From the IMG/VR virus record IMGVR_UViG_3300021957_000026, positions 74-64,073 of that record: a stretch of 64,000 nucleotides of DNA. The stretch is one strand, 5' to 3'. A model generated the notes under the pieces. That model was given only the letters and a program-made list of their open reading frames with translations, did not search any database and was not told the origin of the DNA. The translations under genes and the position numbers were made by a program. The DNA comes from a virus. Taxonomy: Duplodnaviria > Caudoviricetes. This document shows, in pieces, positions 26,078-35,442 of the stretch; the stretch's first letter is position 1; every line of letters starts with the position of its first letter.

Positions 26078-27721
26078 CTAACCTTCGCAAGATTTACATT
26101 CCATCAGAGACCTTGATAACTCTTGACTTGGATTAGCACTCCTTTGGTAATATAAACCTTTTACTCCATTCTGCCAAGCATAAATCATAAGCTGATTAAC
26201 CTCTTTCATTGGGGTCTTCGGGGCAATCATTAAATTAAGTGACTGACCTTGGTCTAAATATTTCTGCCTTTGAGCCGCTTGTATAACGATCTCTTTTTGG
26301 GATATCTCCTCAAAAGTCTTAAAAACCTCCTTGTCTTCGTCAGACATGAATTTTAAGTGCTGTACAGAACCTCCAGTTTTTAGAATACTCAACCAAACTT
26401 CGTCATTATCTTTGCCGTATCCTGCCAACGAATCTCTTAAGTAAGGATTTTTGTAAGTGAACTTTCCTTTAGCCAAGTTCTTCACAAAGTAATTTGAGTT
26501 TAAAGGCTCAATCGAAGGAGATACTTGACCTAAAATGAATGAGCTACTAGTTGTAGGAGCTATAGCTAAAGTAGTTGTATTCCTGCGCCAATATTTTTTA
26601 GCATATAATGGACCGCCAAGAATCTGAAATAATTGACCTGTAGCCTTGTCACTTTTTTTTCTAATCTCTTTAAATATAGAGCTATTAGCCAATTTAGCCT
26701 CCATGCTTTCAAATCCGATTTTTTTACTCTGCAAATAAGAATGCCAACCAAGAACTCCCATACCTAAAGCCCTATGGCGTTTAGCAAAGTTATGGGAGGA
26801 TTCCATAAAAGGAAGATCCTTGGTTTTTTGAATATATTCCTCCATTACCGAATCGAGGAACATGACTAGAGTTTCAATCGCATCAGTTTTAATTATATTG
26901 TCCCACTGTACTAAATTCAAAGAGGACAAGCAGCAAACAAAAGACTCATCTTCTGTAGAGGGTAAACTGATCTCATTACAGAGATTCGAAGCAAATATCT
27001 CCATCGCAGTTTCCTTGTAACAATCTGGAGCTTGGTTGTTAGCAGTATCTTTAAAAAACAAATAAGGGTAACCTGTTTCAAACCTTTTTTTAATGACTGA
27101 AGCCCATACCTGACGCTTTTCAGGATCTCCATCAATCATTGATTTCATCCAATCATCTCCTACAGTTACCCCGAAAGACATCTCTTGGATAGCGTTGCCC
27201 TCACTTCTTATACGAAGGAATTCTTTAACATCAGGGTGCTCTATAGGGAGGTAAGCGGCAAAAGATCCTCTACGAACATTTCCTTGAGATACTACAGCTG
27301 CTACTTTGTCAAACAACTCCATAAAGTGAACTGCTCCAGATGACTCTCCTCCAGAATTTATTTTAGCTCCACGCCCCCTAAGATCACCAAAATAAGCAGA
27401 AGTACCAGAACCATGTTTTGTCTGCATTCCAACTTCACTTTGTTTAGCTAAAATACCATCCATTCGATCTGGTACATAAACACCATTACAAGAAATTGGT
27501 AACCCACGTTTCCTACCAAAGTTTGACCAAACAGGCGAAGCAAGGGAATAAAATCCCTGCTCCATATAAGAAACGAATTTCTCAGCAAAACCATCAATAC
27601 CCAAGTACCCTTGGGCGGTCTTCGCTATATCTTCTATTCTTTGCTCTGGAGTCTCCCCCTTTAAGTAACCTCTTTCAAGAAAGATTCTTGAATCCTCGTT
27701 AAGCCAATAATTTTTTGTCAT
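26078..27721 (-). CDS. nrdA: Ribonucleotide reductase class I alpha subunit (no ATP cone)
   Basis: PISC, QGNVRRG, SNLCNEI, CCLSS, APTTSSS, DQGQS, YYQRS, C-terminal CKSC. Confidence 0.93.
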   Translation of the reverse strand: MTKNYWLNEDSRIFLERGYLKGETPEQRIEDIAKTAQGYLGIDGFAEKFVSYMEQGFYSLASPVWSNFGRKRGLPISCNGVYVPDRMDGILAKQSEVGMQTKHGSGTSAYFGDLRGRGAKINSGGESSGAVHFMELFDKVAAVVSQGNVRRGSFAAYLPIEHPDVKEFLRIRSEGNAIQEMSFGVTVGDDWMKSMIDGDPEKRQVWASVIKKRFETGYPYLFFKDTANNQAPDCYKETAMEIFASNLCNEISLPSTEDESFVCCLSSLNLVQWDNIIKTDAIETLVMFLDSVMEEYIQKTKDLPFMESSHNFAKRHRALGMGVLGWHSYLQSKKIGFESMEAKLANSSIFKEIRKKSDKATGQLFQILGGPLYAKKYWRRNTTTLAIAPTTSSSFILGQVSPSIEPLNSNYFVKNLAKGKFTYKNPYLRDSLAGYGKDNDEVWLSILKTGGSVQHLKFMSDEDKEVFKTFEEISQKEIVIQAAQRQKYLDQGQSLNLMIAPKTPMKEVNQLMIYAWQNGVKGLYYQRSANPSQELSRSLMECKSCEG

Positions 27722-28693
27722 TTAAAACAAGTCGTCTGCATTGTAAGTTTGGGAATTTTTTGAGTATTCCACGGGTCTAGAGTAAAAGAAATCAGTAGCA
27801 TTATTGCCTAGTAACTCCTCTTCAAACCAGATGGTATCTTTTAGCAGGTTTTTGTCAACTTCAAATGGCTCTTTAAAGCCGATTTGTTGCATAGACTCAT
27901 TTATTCTATTTTTAATGAATTCTTTTAATACAATAGCATTCAATCCTTTTTGACGAATACCGTTAATCATCCAATCCACGATCTGACTTTCGGCCTCAAA
28001 AGCGCAAACAGCTTCTTGTGCAATTCTCTCCTCAAGCTCTTCATCAAAAAACTCTGGGTGTTCTTCACGGATAGTATTAATAAGCTTCATCCCAATAAGG
28101 GCATGAAGGTTCTCTTCATTCCTTGTGTACTTAACTTGTTGATCCGTATCTTTTAAGACATTTTTGTTTCGAGCAAACCAGTTTATTACGTAAAATTGAG
28201 AAAATAACGACACATTCTCGACAAAAAGGGTGAATAGGATTAAGGCATAAACATATTGCTTCTTATTATTCTTGTAAAATTTGTGAGTGTATTTACGCAA
28301 ATAGTTTACTCGGCCCTGTATAAAATCTAATTTAAGATTTTCTTCGAAAACCTCCTCTAAACCAAGCACCTCTAGGAGCCTTTCATAAGCATTATTGTGA
28401 ATGACCTCTACATTAGCCATTACAAAGCCCAAATCACTCAGAGAGGGGTGCGGCAAGTTGTCACCCAACTTGCTCCAAAACTTTTTAACAGCTACTTCTA
28501 TTTGTCCAATAGCAGAAAGCGTACGAACAATTATCTCTTTTTCCTGATCATCCAAAGACACGTTAAAATCTTGTATGTCTGAAGCAAAACTAAATTCTTT
28601 ATCCGTCCAGAACCCGTTGTGCATTGCCTCAATAAAATCTCCTGCCCATGAATAATGGTCAGGCTTACGTGAAATTTGTTCTTCGAATATCAT
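27722..28693 (-). CDS. nrdB: Ribonucleotide reductase class I beta subunit
   Basis: FW, EVIHNNAY, VENVSLFSQF, EENLH, DFF..RPVEY. Confidence 0.92.
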   Translation of the reverse strand: MIFEEQISRKPDHYSWAGDFIEAMHNGFWTDKEFSFASDIQDFNVSLDDQEKEIIVRTLSAIGQIEVAVKKFWSKLGDNLPHPSLSDLGFVMANVEVIHNNAYERLLEVLGLEEVFEENLKLDFIQGRVNYLRKYTHKFYKNNKKQYVYALILFTLFVENVSLFSQFYVINWFARNKNVLKDTDQQVKYTRNEENLHALIGMKLINTIREEHPEFFDEELEERIAQEAVCAFEAESQIVDWMINGIRQKGLNAIVLKEFIKNRINESMQQIGFKEPFEVDKNLLKDTIWFEEELLGNNATDFFYSRPVEYSKNSQTYNADDLF

Positions 28694-28774
28694 GTCTGAA
28701 TAACTTACACGGATGATATTGACCTTGGCGTTTTGGTCAATGAATATTTCATTATTTTTTTGGCGAAGCCATTT

Positions 28775-28890
28775 TATTAATACGAACGTAGAGAGTATTA
28801 ATAAAATACGTACCCTTTACGTTAATACGAACCCTTTAGGAGCGTACCTTTTACAAGCGGGACGGTTACGTATCCGTATTATACGAAGAA
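28775..28890. repeat. Cluster of imperfect TACG(A/T)AC(C/G) direct repeats at the divergence point (putative origin or regulator sites)
   Basis: tacgaacg 28781, tacgtacccttta 28807, tacgaacccttta 28826, cgtacctttta 28843, tacgtatcc 28867, tacgaag 28882. Confidence 0.5.
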
Positions 28891-28955
28891 TTTTTTTCCC
28901 GTCAACAAAAAAAATAAATTTGACAAAATTAAAATTTCCCATATAAAGAATAGAT

Positions 28956-29549
28956 ATGACCCCAAAGGAAGATCAGGAATTGGCTCAGAAGGTCAAGGAG
29001 GATCATGATCAAGAAGCTTTAGTCGAGTTAATCGAAAGACATTCTGGTATATACGTCCATATGATTAAGTGCTATGGATCAAAAAGCCTAACACAAGATC
29101 AAATAAATAATCTGATCGATGAAAAAGATTACAATATCTACAAGGCTGCATTGGACTTTGATCACTCAAAATCTAAGTTTTCAACGTACTTGGCTAACAA
29201 AACCAAATACGCTTGCCTCACAGAGAAGACTTTAAACAAAAAGAAGAGGAACACCATCTGCTACGAAGATATCGATTTCTGTCAAATTAGCCCAGATCTA
29301 GAACCAGATGAAGAATGCTTGTTCAACGAAGGGTATAAACGAATGATCAATATGATTTTAAGACATTCTGATGATAGAGTGCAGACGATTTTCTATGAGA
29401 GGTATTTTTGCGGGGAAAGAGGAAAACTAAAACCTTGGAAGAGAATAGCTGATAAAATCAATTTATCTACTCAGGGTTGCATAAATATACATAACAGAAC
29501 GTTAAAAGAATTTAAGAATAAAATACAAAATGAAAAAGTTAAATTTTGA
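28956..29549 (+). CDS. Phage sigma70-family sigma factor (regions 2 and 4)
   Basis: D.EL......D.EA...L, YKAALDFD...KFSTY (region 2), ERYF...WKRIADKINLS (region 4 HTH); TTGACA at 28920. Confidence 0.8.
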   Translation: MTPKEDQELAQKVKEDHDQEALVELIERHSGIYVHMIKCYGSKSLTQDQINNLIDEKDYNIYKAALDFDHSKSKFSTYLANKTKYACLTEKTLNKKKRNTICYEDIDFCQISPDLEPDEECLFNEGYKRMINMILRHSDDRVQTIFYERYFCGERGKLKPWKRIADKINLSTQGCINIHNRTLKEFKNKIQNEKVKF

Positions 29550-30624
29550 AGCTCCTATAAACTCCCTAAGCCTTGGAAATGTCTCTATAAATTTCCTAAG
29601 AGCAATCTACGAGAAAAAAGAAGATATTGATCTCACAATGTTTCCAGTAGGGGAAAGAGCTGAATTTACAGCCTACGATAAGATTGACTCTAATTTCAAA
29701 AATTGGATCACGAATAGTGCATTCAACAGGTTAAAAAAATACTCATCCGATTCACCAACTTTAAAAGTATGGCACATAAATGGGTCTGAAAAGCAGATAG
29801 GTCGAAATCAATACCTTTATACATTCTATGAAGTAGACTCTCCGACAGAAGAAGAGATCAATATCGTAAAAGCTCAAAAGCATGTATTTTTCTCTTGTTC
29901 AGAGGCTGCAGAAATCTTTAAGGAAAAAGGGTGCGATAATGTTTCTTATGTACCTTTAGGTTTTGATAAAGATTTTGGTAATGTAGATAAAGACTATGGT
30001 ATGGAAGATACCGTACATTTTGGGTTGATAGGTAAATTTGAGAGGAGAAAAAATACTCAGGCTCTCATTCAGTTATGGTTAAATGAGTTTGGGAACAATT
30101 CGAAATATCATCTAACCTGTCTAGTAAATAATCCCTTCTTTAAAGATGAACACTACAAGAAAGCAATTAGTACCTGTTTAATGGGTAAAGATTGGAATAA
30201 TGTTAGCTTCATCCCTCACTTAAAGACGAATAGTGAAGTAAACGATCTAATGAACTCAGTAGACGTAAACCTTTCAGGATTGTCAAACGGTGAAGGTTGG
30301 AATTTACCAGCGTTCAATTCAGCTGCTTTAGGTAAATGGCCTATTGTTAGCAACTGTAGCTCCCATAAAGACTGGGCTACAAAAGAAAATTCTATACTTA
30401 TAGAACCTTCAGGTAAACAGCCTTGTTATGATAATCTCTTTTTTAAAGAAGGAGATTCCTTTAATCAAGGTCAATACTACAGATTAGATGGCCAAGATAT
30501 AGTAGAAGCTATGAGAAAATCAATAGATCTTGCTAAAACACCTAACAAGGAAGGCCGCAAACTTCAAAAAAAGTTTACTTATAAAAAGGCAATAGATAAA
30601 ATATTTAAAATAATATTCAAATAA
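29530..30624 (+). CDS. Glycosyltransferase (GT-B, GT4-like)
   Basis: FYE, VPLGFD, GKFERRKN, GEGWNLP...AALGK. Confidence 0.8.
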   Translation: MKKLNFEAPINSLSLGNVSINFLRAIYEKKEDIDLTMFPVGERAEFTAYDKIDSNFKNWITNSAFNRLKKYSSDSPTLKVWHINGSEKQIGRNQYLYTFYEVDSPTEEEINIVKAQKHVFFSCSEAAEIFKEKGCDNVSYVPLGFDKDFGNVDKDYGMEDTVHFGLIGKFERRKNTQALIQLWLNEFGNNSKYHLTCLVNNPFFKDEHYKKAISTCLMGKDWNNVSFIPHLKTNSEVNDLMNSVDVNLSGLSNGEGWNLPAFNSAALGKWPIVSNCSSHKDWATKENSILIEPSGKQPCYDNLFFKEGDSFNQGQYYRLDGQDIVEAMRKSIDLAKTPNKEGRKLQKKFTYKKAIDKIFKIIFK

Positions 30625-30628
30625 ACTG

Positions 30629-30657
30629 AAAGGGCGGTAGAAATACCGCTCTTTTTT
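30629..30657 (+). terminator. Intrinsic terminator
   Basis: aagggcggta-gaaa-taccgctctt followed by T tract. Confidence 0.8.
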
Positions 30658-30671
30658 ATATACAATAATAT

Positions 30672-31058
30672 ATGCCTTTATATACCTACCGTCATCCAGA
30701 TACAGGGGAAGAAAAAGATATTCTCCAAATGATGAATGATGAACATATCTATATCGACGAGTTTGGTTTAGAATGGAAAAGAGTATTCACTGTACCTAAC
30801 GCCTCTATAGATACTAAATTAGATGCATTTGATAAAAATGGCTTCATCGAAAAGTCTGGAAAAATGCAAGGCACGGTAGGGGACATGCTAGATTATTCAG
30901 CAGAACTATCCCAAGAAAGAGCTGAGAGATCAGAGACTGGGGAAGATCCCATCAAAAGAAAGAATTTTGACGACTACGAGAAACGCAATGGCAAGAAACA
31001 CCTGTCTGATGTTAAGAAAACAATTGAGACCTCTAAAATCAAAGTCGATTTAGATTAA
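30672..31058 (+). CDS. FmdB-like small protein (Cys-less variant)
   Basis: MPLYTY...WKRVFTVP pattern of the FmdB family. Confidence 0.55.
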   Translation: MPLYTYRHPDTGEEKDILQMMNDEHIYIDEFGLEWKRVFTVPNASIDTKLDAFDKNGFIEKSGKMQGTVGDMLDYSAELSQERAERSETGEDPIKRKNFDDYEKRNGKKHLSDVKKTIETSKIKVDLD

Positions 31059-31978
31059 GAATCAGCTAGCCACTGTCCTGATACTTTAAATCTAAACCCT
31101 GATACTAAAATTGTAACAGCACCTGTATTGCCTACAGCAATCGCTTGGTTAGTGCCTCCTCCTACAGCTTGCTCTATAAAATGATCTGAGCCTCCTCCAG
31201 TAATAAAATTCCTAGAAGCAGCTAGGCTATTGTCTATCAAAAGTACATTAGAATTGAATTCAGCAGAATTATTAAAGGTTGCAGTCGCGGTGAAGGTGGC
31301 TGCATTTGTAGCAATTGTCACGCCTCCGTTAAAAGTGGTTGCACCTACAAAATTTGATGTACCACTATTTGTAAATGAAGAATTGGTTGCATAGGTGTTT
31401 ACACCATGAAACTCACTACTTGAATTGAACCTTGCAGGTTGATTGTATATGGAGTTTGACGTAAATGTAGTAGGAGCTACAATCTGTACTCCACTTTGCC
31501 CTCCGATATAAACAGTTTCGTTTTGTCCCATAGTTCTAGCGAAAGTACTAGAGAATAGACCAACAGAACCTGTAATAGAATCGTCTATGACAACAGATCC
31601 ACCACCTATAACAGTGTTACTTTTACTAAAATTACCTTGGTCTAAACCATTATTATTGATAACCGCATTTAAATCACCACTCACCAAATTGGGAGATCCA
31701 CCCAAAACTACGTTATGATTTCCACTTACAATGGAATCACCAGAATTAGCAAGAGCGATATTCCCAATTCCACCAGTGATATCAGTATCGGGGCCAACCA
31801 CCACAACATCTATGCCTTTAGATTTAACACCACTAGCGAAATTAATCGGGCCTCCATCTATGGTATTATTTAATTCTACAGTCACCCCTGTTGAATTATC
31901 AGTAAAAGACAAATTACCACTTTCGCTGGAAAAAGTAGGTAATTGTATCTGTTGAGGTTGAATTTTGTTAAATGACAT
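31055..31978 (-). CDS. Gly/Ser/Thr/Asn-rich virion fibre-like protein
   Basis: Likely start MSFNKIQ at 31978; VSG..N.V.GG repeats and F(N)xxxxF beta repeats; GTGTAA upstream. Confidence 0.6.
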   Translation of the reverse strand: MSFNKIQPQQIQLPTFSSESGNLSFTDNSTGVTVELNNTIDGGPINFASGVKSKGIDVVVVGPDTDITGGIGNIALANSGDSIVSGNHNVVLGGSPNLVSGDLNAVINNNGLDQGNFSKSNTVIGGGSVVIDDSITGSVGLFSSTFARTMGQNETVYIGGQSGVQIVAPTTFTSNSIYNQPARFNSSSEFHGVNTYATNSSFTNSGTSNFVGATTFNGGVTIATNAATFTATATFNNSAEFNSNVLLIDNSLAASRNFITGGGSDHFIEQAVGGGTNQAIAVGNTGAVTILVSGFRFKVSGQWLADS

Positions 31979-32016
31979 TATACAATAGATTATCTTTTTA
32001 AAGTTACACAATTTCC

Positions 32017-32613
32017 ATGAAATATACACTGTATAAACCAAATTCCAAGAATAGTGGGTCTGCATTTAGCTTCGATCTAACAAACGATAGAAATAATAAA
32101 CCAGTATTGTTTGTATCTATGATTCAACAATATAGCTGGAATGACTCTACAAAAAATGGCTCTTTTAAAGAAAACGCCAAGAATCCAGAAAAATCAGCTA
32201 CCATTATGCTAAATGAAACTGAAGCTGGTGAGTTTCTTTCCTCATTTAAGGTTCGAATTCCATATGTGGCTTTTCACAAACGTGAAGACTCTAGTACAAT
32301 CATCAAGCTAAATCCTTGGGATAAAAAAAGAAAAGTCAAAGAGAAGGGTGAGGATAGCTTTTACACAACCCCAGCTTGGGGTCTAAGCGTGAGCAAAAAC
32401 TCCTCTCAACTATTCCAACTCCCTATAGAAGGGGGAGAAGCAGAAGCTCTTTCCCAATTACTTAAAGCTTATATCGGAAAAGTTTTTGAGTTTAACTCAA
32501 ATGCTTACAAGAGGGATGATTCAAAAAAACAATATCAATCTCCTCAATCTCAAAACAATCCTCCTAAAAAACAATACAAAGAAGAGCCAGAAGAAGACGA
32601 TGTCCCATTCTAA
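32017..32613 (+). CDS. Probable ssDNA-binding protein
   Basis: Beta-rich core, Q/P-rich linker and acidic terminal EEDDVPF typical of SSB tails. Confidence 0.6.
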   Translation: MKYTLYKPNSKNSGSAFSFDLTNDRNNKPVLFVSMIQQYSWNDSTKNGSFKENAKNPEKSATIMLNETEAGEFLSSFKVRIPYVAFHKREDSSTIIKLNPWDKKRKVKEKGEDSFYTTPAWGLSVSKNSSQLFQLPIEGGEAEALSQLLKAYIGKVFEFNSNAYKRDDSKKQYQSPQSQNNPPKKQYKEEPEEDDVPF

Positions 32614-34327
32614 GTTGAGGGTTTTAGTCCATTCTAATTATAGTAGAATGGTAACTGGATTTGGGAAAAATGCTAAAAATATACTTTTAGCACTGCACTC
32701 TAACCCCGATATAGAAGTCATAGAAGCTTCTAACGGGGCGCGTTTAAACTCAGATCTTCGTACACCTTGGAAAAGTTATGGAACTTATCCTGTAGATCCT
32801 CATATTTTAAACGCTATAGAAAAAGATGCTTCTAAAAAAAGAGCAGCTCAATATGGTTATTACTGCATAGACGAAATTGTAAAAAAAACTAAGCCTGACA
32901 TCTATTTAGGGATAGAAGATATTTGGGCATTTACACAATTCGAATCAAAAGAATGGTGGAATGATACTGTAAAAGTTCTATGGACAACCTTAGATAGTCT
33001 ACCTATTTTAGACCAAGCCATTAAAATGGAACCTAAGTGCGATAAGATGCTTGTTTGGGCCTCTTTTGCAGAGGAGGCTATGCATAAATTAGGTCATCCT
33101 AAAGTAGAGACTTTGCATGGAGCAGTTGACTATAGCCATTTTAAACCTTTAGAAAATAGAGATGAGTTACGAAATTTTCACGGCCTTGGTGATGATTTTG
33201 TTGTTGGTTTTGTATTTAAGAATCAACTAAGAAAATCAGTACCAAACTTACTAGAAGGATTTAAAAGATTTAAAAAAAGCAATCCAGATGTAACTGCCAA
33301 GCTTCTTCTACATACGGATTGGGGAGAGAAAAAAATGGGTTGGGACATCCCAAGATATGTCAAAGAGAAAGGCTTTGATAAATCTGAAGTTCTAGCGACT
33401 TATGTCTGCCATAAATGCGATACCTATTCTATAAGAGGATATGACGGGGAAGAAAAAGACTGCCCTTCGTGTGGAGGTAGAAAATGTGTTAAAACAAAAA
33501 ATAGCGCCAGAGGTGTAAGAGAGCAGGAGCTTAATGAAATATACAACCTTATGGATGTATACTGCCACCCTTTTACAAGTGGAGGACAAGAACTACCAAT
33601 TCAAGAAGCTAAGGCAGCAGGTCTAATAACTTTAGTTACGGATTATTCCTGTGGTACTGATTCAGCCTACGAACATCAAGGTGGGATTCCCTTGGCTTGG
33701 AACGAGTACAGGGAACCTAGCACTCAATTTATCAAAGCTACAACATGTCCAGATAGCATTAATGAGAATTTAACCAAAGTTCTTAAAATGCCTCAAGAGC
33801 AAAAAGAAATCTTGATTAAATCAGGTAGAAATTATGTTAAAGATAAATTCTCAGTACAGTATACTGTTTCAAAATTGATAAGCATATTGCGAGATTTAAA
33901 ACGCAAGAAGAGTGGTGGGATTAAATTAAAAGAAGAGGCCCCTCTAAAAAAAGAAAAGTCCGATAAAAATAGCTTAACTAAAATTTTACAGGATGTACCT
34001 TTGGAAGATAGGATCGCAGTTGTAATGCCTGAATCAGGAGGAGATGTACTAATGATAAATTCTTTGATGGAAAATCTCAACAACCTCTATCCAAGTAAAA
34101 AAATATATATGTTTACCGATCCTAAGTTTTTTGATTTTATTAATGACAATCCGAATGTTTACAAATTACTTCCATATGACCCTAAAATAGAATCTCATTA
34201 CTTCTTGGAAGGCGCTCGTAATCACAAAGGATTTTTCGACATGGCTTTTTTCCCGAATGTCATGACTCAAAAAACACACACATATATCCACAACGCTAAA
34301 GATAAAAATCAATTTAAATTGCGATGA
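32600..34327 (+). CDS. Multidomain glycosyltransferase (GT4 with Zn-ribbon insert plus GT9-like C-terminal part)
   Basis: TGFG, NQLRK, CHKC..CPSC, YN.MDV...SGGQELP..EA.AAG; GGDV...NP.V. Confidence 0.78.
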   Translation: MSHSKLRVLVHSNYSRMVTGFGKNAKNILLALHSNPDIEVIEASNGARLNSDLRTPWKSYGTYPVDPHILNAIEKDASKKRAAQYGYYCIDEIVKKTKPDIYLGIEDIWAFTQFESKEWWNDTVKVLWTTLDSLPILDQAIKMEPKCDKMLVWASFAEEAMHKLGHPKVETLHGAVDYSHFKPLENRDELRNFHGLGDDFVVGFVFKNQLRKSVPNLLEGFKRFKKSNPDVTAKLLLHTDWGEKKMGWDIPRYVKEKGFDKSEVLATYVCHKCDTYSIRGYDGEEKDCPSCGGRKCVKTKNSARGVREQELNEIYNLMDVYCHPFTSGGQELPIQEAKAAGLITLVTDYSCGTDSAYEHQGGIPLAWNEYREPSTQFIKATTCPDSINENLTKVLKMPQEQKEILIKSGRNYVKDKFSVQYTVSKLISILRDLKRKKSGGIKLKEEAPLKKEKSDKNSLTKILQDVPLEDRIAVVMPESGGDVLMINSLMENLNNLYPSKKIYMFTDPKFFDFINDNPNVYKLLPYDPKIESHYFLEGARNHKGFFDMAFFPNVMTQKTHTYIHNAKDKNQFKLR

Positions 34328-35442
34328 GCCACTTAGCAGAAGTATACGCGAAAGATTTAGGGGTTAGAATTGGGAAGCCAGTTTTTAAAACTCATTTTTT
34401 CCCAATAACTCACACCAATTATATAACTTTGCATACAGATAATTCTGTACAATCGAAACAATATGATTATTGGGAAGAGGTTATAACAATGATAAAAAAG
34501 GCTGCTCCTAAATTAAAAATTTTACAAATTGGCAGTGGCAAAGAGCCAAGGGTTCAAAATACAGACGATTTCATCAAAACCAATTCTATAAAGCAGTCTG
34601 CTTACATTATCCAAAATGGTTTACTGCATATGGGCATCGATAGTTCTCCTGTGCATATAGCGTCTTTACTTAATAAACCTATTGTAGCAATATACGCACA
34701 CACTTATGCAAGAACCTGTGATCCACTATGGGGAGACAAAGAAAACATTACTCTAATAGAATCTCATAGAGATGGAGATAAACCATCATTCTCTACAAAA
34801 GAATCGGATAAAAAAATAAACAAGATCGAGCCTGAAGAAATAGCGAACTCTGTACTAAATCAATTGGGTTTTAAAGGCGTCAATATTAAAACTTTATTCA
34901 TGGGGAATCTATACAAGAAAAAAGTTATAGATGTAGTCCCAGATCACCCATACGACTTAAAAGAAGGCGGTCTTTGTATCCGACTTGATATAGAGCATAA
35001 TGAAGATAATGCCAAAGGGTTGATCGAGAACAATGTTTGTGCTATCATCTGTGGCAAACCAATAGATGAGTCCCTGCTATGTAATAAAAACATACAGCGT
35101 ATAGCATACATCTCAAAATCCTTTAATGAAGATTTTGTAAACAAATTAATTAAGTATGGCAAGAAATTCGATTTACTCTGCACTGATGAAGAGAATATAA
35201 GCGACGAAAGAGTAAAATATTTCGACCAGTCTATTGCGACATACAACACTTCAAAAATAATAGAAAAAAACAAAAAAATCATAGAACTAGAAGATTTTAG
35301 TTATTCAAGCTATAAAAAAGTGATTAAAAATAAAAAGAGCTACGCTAGTCACTACGCAGCAAACAATAACGAAGATTTAGATGATTTTTACCTTGACTTA
35401 CAGAATATGTTTGTCTATCATTTAGCTCATGAGCAAGAATAA
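34324..35442 (+). CDS. GT9 (heptosyltransferase-like) glycosyltransferase
   Basis: K.Y..W, QIG, HMGIDSSPVHIA....PIVAIY. Confidence 0.75.
   Translation: MSHLAEVYAKDLGVRIGKPVFKTHFFPITHTNYITLHTDNSVQSKQYDYWEEVITMIKKAAPKLKILQIGSGKEPRVQNTDDFIKTNSIKQSAYIIQNGLLHMGIDSSPVHIASLLNKPIVAIYAHTYARTCDPLWGDKENITLIESHRDGDKPSFSTKESDKKINKIEPEEIANSVLNQLGFKGVNIKTLFMGNLYKKKVIDVVPDHPYDLKEGGLCIRLDIEHNEDNAKGLIENNVCAIICGKPIDESLLCNKNIQRIAYISKSFNEDFVNKLIKYGKKFDLLCTDEENISDERVKYFDQSIATYNTSKIIEKNKKIIELEDFSYSSYKKVIKNKKSYASHYAANNNEDLDDFYLDLQNMFVYHLAHEQE
35393..35421 (+). promoter_or_regulatory. Sigma70-type promoter (leaderless)
   Basis: TTGACT-17 nt-TATCAT, 7 nt before ATG 35429. Confidence 0.65.

Noticed and set aside
28775-28890. 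Possible mini CRISPR array
   Set aside because: Repeats are 8-13 bp, imperfect and only about 15-26 bp apart, leaving no room for spacers; the Cas4-like nuclease is explained by the replication module
28713-28946. 77-aa plus-strand ORF across the repeat region
   Set aside because: Overlaps promoter-like boxes and DNA repeats, protein looks non-natural; treated as non-coding
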